Position numbers and translations under genes: made by a program. The notes under the pieces were generated by a model, which was not told the DNA's origin, did not search any database, and saw only the letters and a list, made by a program, of their open reading frames with translations. From Nitrosopumilaceae archaeon (lineage in GTDB: Archaea > Thermoproteota > Nitrososphaeria > Nitrososphaerales > Nitrosopumilaceae): a stretch of 32,984 bases of DNA. Within the stretch, counting starts at the first letter, position 1. The number at the start of each line of letters is the position of its first letter. The stretch covers positions 1 through 32,984 of the forward strand of contig JBQTHX010000059.1 of NCBI GenBank assembly GCA_052389415.1. Direction: 5' to 3'. Positions 25,955-32,984 of the stretch are shown here, piece by piece.

Positions 25955-27019
25955 TTAAGATCTTTCTTTTAGCCATTGTCCAAGCTCTGGAAGAACAATC
26001 TTTTGTGAAAACGAGCTTGCAATCATACCAACGTGACCAGTTGGATAAATTCTTAGAGACTTATCTTCACTTCCCACTGCATAATGTAAAGGCATGCTAC
26101 ATTCGGGAGAGACTAGGTGATCGCCTACAGCAACTTGGGTAAATATTGGCATTGTAATATTCTTAAGAGATACAAGTTTTCCCCCTACATACATGTTATT
26201 TTGTATCAATACACTATCTTGATATATATCGCGGATCCATTGTTTGAAAAGTTCACCTGGTATTGGAGGGGTTTCATTTAACCATTTTTCAATACGTAGA
26301 AAATTATCAACATAGTTTTTGTCTTCCACATTTCTAAAAAAGTTGATGTATTTTTCTATACCTTGTTCAAAAGGCTTCAAGACGGAGAATACATAGTACA
26401 TGAATTCTGGAGGCATATTCCCTATCGTTTCGACCATCTCATTTACATCGACATGTTTTGCTAGATTCCCCACCACGGTTGTGTCTCGCTTCCCATCAAT
26501 CACAGGCGCGGTTGCAATCAAATTTTTAATCTTATTTGGGTGCAATGCAGCGTAGACTGTCGCCAAGGTTCCTCCTGTACAATAACCTTGCAATGTTACT
26601 TTTTCAGAGGATGCCTCATCCCGTACAAAATCTACACAATTATCAATGTAACCGTTTACATAATCATCAAAGCCAAGATACTTGTCTATCTTAGCGGGGG
26701 TACCCCAATCAATCATATATACATCAAAACCTTGAGCTAAAATATTTCTGACCCAACTTTTTTGCGGATGAATATCCAAAATATGGTACCGATTTATCAA
26801 GGCGTATGCTATAACAATCGGTGTTTTGTGTTGCTTTTGTGTTGTAGAGTTAAAATGTAACAAACGAACTTTATCTTCAGTATACGCAACATCATAAGGT
26901 GTCATTTCAAGATTAATTTCGTTTGGAGCTGGTACCATCTTTGGTGCTTCAATAATATTTTTGTTAAATTTGAAAAATTCATTAACAATCTTTGGATCTA
27001 TCTTTAATTCATTTTCCAT
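25955..27019 (-). CDS. phaC: Class III poly(3-hydroxyalkanoate) synthase subunit PhaC
   Basis: TP.D, YALINRYHILD, DVYMIDWG, lipase box GYCTGG (Cys), GDHLV (Asp) and TGHVG (His); start placed at MENELK. Confidence 0.95.
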   Translation of the reverse strand: MENELKIDPKIVNEFFKFNKNIIEAPKMVPAPNEINLEMTPYDVAYTEDKVRLLHFNSTTQKQHKTPIVIAYALINRYHILDIHPQKSWVRNILAQGFDVYMIDWGTPAKIDKYLGFDDYVNGYIDNCVDFVRDEASSEKVTLQGYCTGGTLATVYAALHPNKIKNLIATAPVIDGKRDTTVVGNLAKHVDVNEMVETIGNMPPEFMYYVFSVLKPFEQGIEKYINFFRNVEDKNYVDNFLRIEKWLNETPPIPGELFKQWIRDIYQDSVLIQNNMYVGGKLVSLKNITMPIFTQVAVGDHLVSPECSMPLHYAVGSEDKSLRIYPTGHVGMIASSFSQKIVLPELGQWLKERS

Positions 27020-27581
27020 TGTTGGTTTCCCTTTCATTTTTTTCTAGTTTACTGACTCTCTTTCGTAAAGAGTGCAATTCTTTGTAAACATCATCAAGAT
27101 CATTTTTGGTTGGAACATTTGCAGTTTCAAGTAACGCGGAAAGCATACTATTGTAGTGTTTCGAAAGTTCAAGTTCGCTTGATATTAACTTGCCAAAGTT
27201 TTCTCCGAATTTTTGAGAATCAAAAAGTTGTGTAAAATCATTTTCAAATATATCAATCCAAACACGCTTTGATGCTTCTAGATGTTCCATATCCTGAGGA
27301 ATTTCAGGAATTTTTTTATTGACTTTTTTCTGTGCTTCCATCCATGTGTCTGAAAGCTGTTTATAGTATTCTGCAAGTCTTGTATTGAATTCCATCAAAT
27401 CTTCATTTGCCTCTACCATTTCTGTGGCAAGTTTTTTTGCCTGCATAGAAAACTTTCTCATTGGACCAGCTGACGTAAGTGCAGCCGGTTTGCTTGCCAT
27501 GAGATATACTATGTCAGTCCAGAATAGTGAGAGATGTTTGTAATATTCAAGTGATTTCTTGTAATCAGGTTCTGTTGTCAT
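27009..27581 (-). CDS. phaE: Class III PHA synthase subunit PhaE
   Basis: Overlaps the phaC start; WID..E..F..LF and C-terminal NVPTKNDLDDVYKELHSLRKRV. Confidence 0.9.
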   Translation of the reverse strand: MTTEPDYKKSLEYYKHLSLFWTDIVYLMASKPAALTSAGPMRKFSMQAKKLATEMVEANEDLMEFNTRLAEYYKQLSDTWMEAQKKVNKKIPEIPQDMEHLEASKRVWIDIFENDFTQLFDSQKFGENFGKLISSELELSKHYNSMLSALLETANVPTKNDLDDVYKELHSLRKRVSKLEKNERETNNGK

Positions 27582-27684
27582 ATTTAGAGAATAGAAAGAG
27601 ATCGCAATAAATAGATCGTGAATTATTATTTTTCATTGACAGTCTGTTTTATGAGAAAAAATACTGGATGTGAGAGCCAATATT

Positions 27685-28035
27685 ATGGATTTTGAGAAGA
27701 TATGCAATAAAGTCATGAGTTTGGACTCGAAGATAAGATTTGCAGGAATCATAAATAATCAAGGCAGGCTTGTTGCAGGTGGTATGAGAGAAGGTAAAAC
27801 CCCACTTGAAGATGAAAAAGATGATGAGATGTTGTTCATGGAGCTTGTTCTGAGAACAAAAATGAGAAAAGAGTTTGACAAACAGCTAGGGGCTGTGAGA
27901 TTTGCAATGTCATACAGAGACAAGGCAGTTGTAATGAGTTTTCCAGTTAGTGAACATGTCATGCTGATATCAGCAGAGAAAGAGATAGACTTTGCAAAGA
28001 TTCCATTTAAAATATTAAAAATACTAGAAGCTTAA
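27685..28035 (+). CDS. Conserved thaumarchaeal roadblock/profilin-like small protein (DUF6659-like)
   Basis: C..V..LDSKIRFAGIINNQGRLVAGG...R.EFD..LG.V.F.MSYR pattern; ATG 27685 preferred as start. Confidence 0.78.
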   Translation: MDFEKICNKVMSLDSKIRFAGIINNQGRLVAGGMREGKTPLEDEKDDEMLFMELVLRTKMRKEFDKQLGAVRFAMSYRDKAVVMSFPVSEHVMLISAEKEIDFAKIPFKILKILEA

Positions 28036-28928
28036 GATTTTGTACTTTCGTATACAGTCTGACACCATTGAAGAATGGTGTTTATATCGTCAGTGATCAA
28101 ATCTGCTTTTATCTTTGTTTTCTTGGTTGGTTTTGCATAAAAAACAAGATATAGTGATTTGCCAAATTTCATTTTTATTGAGGACAACGTTTCAGAAAAA
28201 AATTTTGAACTGCCTTCAGTTGATGAAAAAATCACTATTATCATCAAATCTTGCTTGTTAAGCCAGATCTTATTTAGAAATTTTTGAAAATCAATATCAA
28301 ACATGACATCTATTGTTGATGACATGTCTCCGAGTTGGGAAACTTTCCATCCATCTGAATGTAGAGCGGAAGCGATAGTTTGTGACAACAGCATACTGTC
28401 ACGGTCTGCAGAAAATACAACAGCGTTCTTTTTTGAATTTGCATCTACTTCAGTTAGATTAATAATTTGAATAGAGCTAGAGATAATCTGATCAAGAAAA
28501 TTTTTCTCAGATTTGCCAATTTTTCCCTTCAAAAATAGATCTCTGACTGAATCTATTGCTGGAAGGATTACTTCTGTTAAAATTGTCATTGGATTTGCCT
28601 TTGAGTGAAGCGAGTTCCTAAGTAGACTGTATGCTTCGTAATTCTCGCCTGAGAGTATGTATTCCAAGTATCTATTCTGTACTTGAAAGAGATCGTTAGG
28701 AAAATTAAAATGATCAACCCCTTGATCTATCGACCAGAGATTTACATTTCCAATGTTTTTTTGCTTAATTAGACCTTCAGCAGCAAATATGTTAAGATAT
28801 TTTGTCATTGTGATTCTATTTATTCCAAGTTTTTTAGATATTTCAACACCTGTAAGACCTGTCTTTGAATTTCTTAAAATATCAATGAGTTCTTCTTTGA
28901 TCTCTTCAGATTTGTAACCTCGTGTCAC
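28032..28928 (-). CDS. Winged-HTH transcriptional regulator with a degenerate cobalamin-binding-like domain
   Basis: GLTGVEISKKLGINRITMTKYL HTH; ILTEVILPA...GKI..SE cap; LHSDGWKVSQLG Rossmann-like strand; GTG start with a TTTATA box ~24 nt upstream. Confidence 0.8.
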   Translation of the reverse strand: MTRGYKSEEIKEELIDILRNSKTGLTGVEISKKLGINRITMTKYLNIFAAEGLIKQKNIGNVNLWSIDQGVDHFNFPNDLFQVQNRYLEYILSGENYEAYSLLRNSLHSKANPMTILTEVILPAIDSVRDLFLKGKIGKSEKNFLDQIISSSIQIINLTEVDANSKKNAVVFSADRDSMLLSQTIASALHSDGWKVSQLGDMSSTIDVMFDIDFQKFLNKIWLNKQDLMIIVIFSSTEGSSKFFSETLSSIKMKFGKSLYLVFYAKPTKKTKIKADLITDDINTILQWCQTVYESTKS

Positions 28929-28975
28929 TAATTCTGGAAATATACAGTTAGTATAAAGTATTACCAGAAAATTTG

Positions 28976-29030
28976 ACCAACAGTGGGCATAACACGACGC
29001 CCCACTGTGGCCGGGTACTTTGGTATGGTC
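28976..29030. other. GC-rich stem-loop element in an AT-rich intergenic region (candidate ncRNA or cis element)
   Basis: ACAGTGGG/CCCACTGT 8-bp stem enclosed by GACCA/TGGTC. Confidence 0.4.
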
Positions 29031-29314
29031 TGTAGTTACGAGCGCACTATCTTATGCAATTCATTTTCAATAAATAAAAGACGCGTAGGATTTATACTTA
29101 ATACTTAAATGAAATGATTCACGATTTTAAAATTCCGTTTCAATTGCAATTAGAAATAATTTAGTTTTCAAAAACATTCGCTGACAACAAGCCAGGCAAA
29201 TAACAAAAAATTTTTCTAAATCATATTTTCTAGTCGGAATACCAATGATTAAGAAGTTTGATTCAAAACTATTAAATACTTGTGTACTTTAAAATACGGT
29301 AACAGGTTAGTAAA

Positions 29315-29701
29315 TTGCCAAAAGCAGGATTCAAATCAATAACAGTTTCCGAATCAGTGTATAATAAATTCCATGATGTTTACAAGAAGAATAAACAGGA
29401 ACTTGCTATGAAGGGCGTCAACAGTTTTGCTGGTTACATCACTTTCATGATGGAAGATCTGATGCAAAAGGATGAGACCTTTGCTAGATATGCTCCGAAA
29501 CTTGAAAAAATTGCAGTGGATGATAACAGAGTAGTTCTAAAAGACAACATCAAAAATAGAATTGCCGAAGTAGCTATTCAAAATGGCGAGCTTTATTGCA
29601 TGTTGTGCGAGGAAAAAGATTGCTTCCACGTAGGGTTTGTGTTTTCGCTTCCTGATGTTTACGAAGTTTTGAATGCAAGAGGCATCAAACACAAGGGATA
29701 A
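29315..29701 (+). CDS. Hypothetical protein with an RHH-like N-terminus and a C-terminal CxxC-x4-C-x-H metal site
   Basis: TTG start; FKSITVSESVYNKF and CMLCEEKDCFH. Confidence 0.78.
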   Translation: MPKAGFKSITVSESVYNKFHDVYKKNKQELAMKGVNSFAGYITFMMEDLMQKDETFARYAPKLEKIAVDDNRVVLKDNIKNRIAEVAIQNGELYCMLCEEKDCFHVGFVFSLPDVYEVLNARGIKHKG

Positions 29702-29706
29702 AAAAG

Positions 29707-29827
29707 TGCAGGAGGTGGGATTTGAACCCACGAACCCCTAAGAGACGGGATCACCCATTATTATGATCTTAAGTCCCGCGCGTCCAAAGGCCTAAAACCT
29801 TCTTTGGCCAGGCTCGGCGACTCCTGC
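29707..29827 (-). tRNA. tRNA-Leu(TAA) with two introns: 29782-29801 (D arm, position 22/23) and 29752-29767 (position 37/38)
   Basis: GCAGGAG/CTCCTGC acceptor stem; spliced D arm GCC..GGC; CGGGA-CT-TAA-GA-TCCCG; long variable arm; BHB CCAA[AG|A]AGG..CCT-TTGG[AC|G]. Confidence 0.93.
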
Positions 29828-29923
29828 GTTTTATTAGCTAAAAGTTGTCAGAATTAAACGTTTTAGAAAAAAATTTTCAAAATCAAGTAAGATTAATAAG
29901 GTTTCAAAAAACGAGTTTGTCAT

Positions 29924-29997
29924 GCTTCGATAGCTCAGCCTGGTAGAGCGTTACCTTGGTAAGGTAAAGGTCGCGGGATCGAATCCCGCTCGGAGCT
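29924..29997 (+). tRNA. tRNA-Thr(GGT), no intron
   Basis: GCTTCGA/TCGGAGC acceptor stem; TTACC-TT-GGT-AA-GGTAA; T arm GCGGG-ATCGAAT-CCCGC. Confidence 0.95.
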
Positions 29998-30089
29998 TAT
30001 GTTCTTTTACAGAAGTGTTATTATTTTTCGTAATATTGTTATAGAATTCGGTAATCCAGCTTTTTGTATTAATGTAGATTCTTAGTGAA

Positions 30090-31802
30090 TTATTTGAAAG
30101 ATTCTTTGATTTCTCTTAACTTTTCTCGTTTTCTCTTAATAACACTTTTAAGAATTTGTCTTGCCTCTGATCCCCAAACATGTCTTGCAAAGAAATTATG
30201 TAATGTCATCTTATCTCTTCCGTCTTCATCTTGCCGTATAGACAGTGTATGTTCAAAGAACTCGTCAAGGATTTCATCTATCAATTTCAGTAATTTTTGA
30301 TTTGTTTCATAATTTGTAAAATACTTATCAAGGGTATTAGGATCCTTTTTGATATCCACTTTGCCATCCATTATATGTTCTGTTAACGTCTGAAAATATG
30401 CTGTCACGAATAACAATCGTGCATATTTTTTTTCATCCATGTTTGCTTTTTTAGTTCCATAACTGAATTCCTTCTCACAGTATGATTTGATCAGATATGG
30501 GTATAATAAAAAGCGGTGATTATCATCCAATTTTCCTTCTTCAAAAATTTTATGATATTCGGTTCCTCCTGGCATGTATTTACTAACACTACCATACGCC
30601 TTAGCCGGATCTTGCTCCAAGGCTGCTGCCATAGCCTGAATTGCGTCACTTGCTGGTATTCGTTTGTCATGATCATATGGAAGGTATTTTTTAAAAACCT
30701 CATTTCCTTCGTATGATTTCCGTTGTTTTTCATTCAAAGCCATCCATGCGCCTGCCTGTTGTTCATAATAATAACCAAGTTGCTCTAATTGAAGAGAGAT
30801 CGAATCGTGAAATCTCTCTAATGAAATTAAATCTCTTCCCTTAACTGCATTCTGCGAGTTTCTATATCTTGTAATGTTATTTCTTGTTGCTCGCACATCT
30901 TCTTTTATTATTGTGATTTGAATTGATCCATTGATGTGCGGATCCCCACTAACCACATCTGCTATGGTTGTTGATGTTTGCGCTCCATTAACTATCTGAG
31001 GAGCATGAAGTTTGATCGATTTGTCACCTAATTCTTCAAAATCAGTTACTACTATCGTAATTCCATTATTATAATAAAATACTTCTTCAGGTTCTTTCAC
31101 CAGAGTTTCTCTTAACTGTTTATTCACCTTTGTCTTTACAGGCAAGAATTTTCGTATGTTTGATTCAAAAATGTACTTCCTAGTCCTTCTCACAAAGTGG
31201 CCAAGTTTTCCGAGTGCTATTGCTCCAATTATTGTGTTGTTATTTCTCAAGTAATATTCAAGTTCCACAGTTTCGGTCTTGCCTGCTGCTGGTTCAGTAA
31301 TCTCGTTCCATAACTTTTCAACAATTTGATTAAATCCAAGAATCTGGAAATTTTCTTCATTTTTGAAATCTACTATTTGATCAGTAACATAGACTGCTTC
31401 AACGTCCCAGTCTTTGTTTTTTATCTGTATTAGTGCATCTCGAATTCTTCCCGGAGGCAAATCGTTTGGTTTCTGTTTTAATAGATCTTCTATTTTCGAT
31501 TTGAACGCCCTAATTGCATCGACTGAATGTGATTTTCCATATTTTGATTGAATTATTCTGAAAAAATTCATTTCTGAACCATGAATTTCTAATATCGCAT
31601 CGATACCTTGATCATTTGGTCCGTCTAGTATTGAAATTTCTGCATCATCATCAGAGGCGTGAAAAGCTTTTGTTAATACCCATTTGAGAAATTCATCACC
31701 TTTTTCTGTTGAAGTCTGTTTTTTAGAAATAGCGTCGTCAACACCATTTCGGACACTTTTCACAAAATTTTCAGGTGGATAATTGTACTCTTCTTCGAGC
31801 AT
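30090..31802 (-). CDS. AIPR family protein with an N-terminal restriction-endonuclease-like domain
   Basis: IFESNIRKFL, VNKQLRETL, FYYNNGITIV, QIVNGAQT and NSQNAVK (AIPR core); N-terminal DGPNDQGIDA...IIQSKY. Confidence 0.92.
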   Translation of the reverse strand: MLEEEYNYPPENFVKSVRNGVDDAISKKQTSTEKGDEFLKWVLTKAFHASDDDAEISILDGPNDQGIDAILEIHGSEMNFFRIIQSKYGKSHSVDAIRAFKSKIEDLLKQKPNDLPPGRIRDALIQIKNKDWDVEAVYVTDQIVDFKNEENFQILGFNQIVEKLWNEITEPAAGKTETVELEYYLRNNNTIIGAIALGKLGHFVRRTRKYIFESNIRKFLPVKTKVNKQLRETLVKEPEEVFYYNNGITIVVTDFEELGDKSIKLHAPQIVNGAQTSTTIADVVSGDPHINGSIQITIIKEDVRATRNNITRYRNSQNAVKGRDLISLERFHDSISLQLEQLGYYYEQQAGAWMALNEKQRKSYEGNEVFKKYLPYDHDKRIPASDAIQAMAAALEQDPAKAYGSVSKYMPGGTEYHKIFEEGKLDDNHRFLLYPYLIKSYCEKEFSYGTKKANMDEKKYARLLFVTAYFQTLTEHIMDGKVDIKKDPNTLDKYFTNYETNQKLLKLIDEILDEFFEHTLSIRQDEDGRDKMTLHNFFARHVWGSEARQILKSVIKRKREKLREIKESFK

Positions 31803-31956
31803 TTATTCACTACTCCTTAAGTAAATTTAAGAATGATCGTACTTTTCATTTGATTTCTTGTTCTTCTCTCTCATATTTTAGATCAAAAAATATTGAATGG
31901 TGTGTGATCTTTTCTTGCCTATTCTAGTTTACACAATATTTTGAAACTACATCTTC

Positions 31957-32820
31957 TTGAAACAGCAATACAAGCAAATTCTATCTCTTGTACCAAAGCC
32001 ATTCGTTAAGTGGGCTGGGGGAAAAAGGCAACTAATTCCTATATTATCACAACACATACCAAAAAAATTTGGTACTTATTTTGAACCATTTGTTGGTGGT
32101 GGTGCAGTTTTATTTTATCTCACTATTGAAAATCCAAAAATTGAATGCTTTGTTTCTGACTTGAATTCTGATCTAATTCTTTCCTATGTAACGATTAGAG
32201 ATAGAGTAGAGGAATTGATATTTGCATTGGAAAATCACTCTGAGAATTATTTTAAAAATCCAAAAGAATACTATTATGAAATAAGGGAATCCCACCCAAA
32301 AAATCAAATTGAAAAGGTTTCAAGATTGATCTTTCTAAACAAAACGTGTTTTAATGGATTGTATAGAGTAAACAGTAAAGGAAAATTCAATGTCCCACTT
32401 GGAAAATATACAAATCCAAACATAACTAATAAAGAAAATCTGTTAATAGTAAGTCATGTTTTGCGGTCAAAAAACATATCCATAAAATGTCAAGATTTTA
32501 TAAAAGCCCTTGAAAATGCTCAAGAAAATGATTTTGTCTATCTTGATCCCCCATACCAGCCAGTAAGCCAAACCTCTAACTTCACTAGCTATACAAATGA
32601 TAATTTTGGTTATGAAGATCAAGAAAGATTATTTTTAGAATTTGAGAGATTGGATTCCTTAGGTTGTAAGGTAATGTTATCAAATTCAAAATCAGATGAA
32701 GTCTTGAATCTTTTCGAAAATTACACGGATAACATCATAGAGATAAAGGCAAATCGTTCAATAAACTCAGATTCAAAAAAGAGAGCTAACCATTCTGAAC
32801 TAATAATAAAAAATTATTGA
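31957..32820 (+). CDS. dam: Dam-family (D12 class) N6-adenine DNA methyltransferase
   Basis: PFVKWAGGK, EPFVGGG, FNGLYRVNSKGKFNVP, YLDPPY and MLSNS; TTG start. Confidence 0.93.
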   Translation: MKQQYKQILSLVPKPFVKWAGGKRQLIPILSQHIPKKFGTYFEPFVGGGAVLFYLTIENPKIECFVSDLNSDLILSYVTIRDRVEELIFALENHSENYFKNPKEYYYEIRESHPKNQIEKVSRLIFLNKTCFNGLYRVNSKGKFNVPLGKYTNPNITNKENLLIVSHVLRSKNISIKCQDFIKALENAQENDFVYLDPPYQPVSQTSNFTSYTNDNFGYEDQERLFLEFERLDSLGCKVMLSNSKSDEVLNLFENYTDNIIEIKANRSINSDSKKRANHSELIIKNY

Positions 32821-32884
32821 TCTTGCAAGAGAAGATTCAGTATAAACTAGACACATCAAAAATAAAGTAAAAGGAAAGGGAAGT

Positions 32885-32984
32885 TTAGTCCCACTTAGAC
32901 CAAGCTGCCATCCACCTATACGTCCACGTTGTCAGCTTACAACCTAATGCTGCCATCGTTGGAGCCAATACAGCACCAGCTCCT
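32885..32984 (-). CDS. amoA: Archaeal ammonia monooxygenase subunit A, 3' end only
   Basis: Manual translation gives GAGAVLAPTMAALGCKLTTWTYRWMAAWSKWD*, the characteristic AmoA C-terminus. Confidence 0.95.
   Translation of the reverse strand, partial: GAGAVLAPTMAALGCKLTTWTYRWMAAWSKWD

Noticed and set aside
28947-29064. Minus-strand ATG-5 codons-TAG followed by an open frame and hairpin (possible stop read-through)
   Set aside because: There is no evidence of pyrrolysine machinery, and the read-through peptide is not protein-like.
29924-32884. Integrated element at tRNA-Thr
   Set aside because: No integrase or transposase is present, and I found no duplicated tRNA 3' end before amoA.
1-32984. 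CRISPR array, IS element or rRNA gene
   Set aside because: No regularly spaced repeats, terminal inverted repeats with a transposase, or rRNA-like stretches were seen.

Overview
AT-rich core-chromosome segment of an ammonia-oxidising archaeon (Nitrososphaerota/Thaumarchaeota). The assignment rests on the 3' end of archaeal amoA at the right edge, BHB-type tRNA introns and archaeal TATA promoters. Housekeeping genes include rtcB (partial), purB, valS, aconitase, pdxS/T, pheS/T, trpS and coaD. There are five tRNAs: Trp and Leu with two introns each, Ile with one, and Ala and Thr without introns. The window also holds a class III PHA locus (phaE-phaC facing an alpha/beta hydrolase and an AbrB-domain protein) and a divergent AIPR/Dam-like methyltransferase pair between tRNA-Thr and amoA. 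Features missed by the ORF track: a two-hairpin box H/ACA guide RNA behind pheT, a 33-aa membrane microprotein, C/D-like boxes in the tRNA-Trp intron, and a GC-rich structured element at ~28975-29050. Several proteins look like fusions or catalytically degenerate versions of known families: a nuclease-like/QueD fusion, an Mrr-like protein and a CarH-like regulator lacking its cobalt-ligand His. All calls come from motif recognition by eye; no database searches were run.
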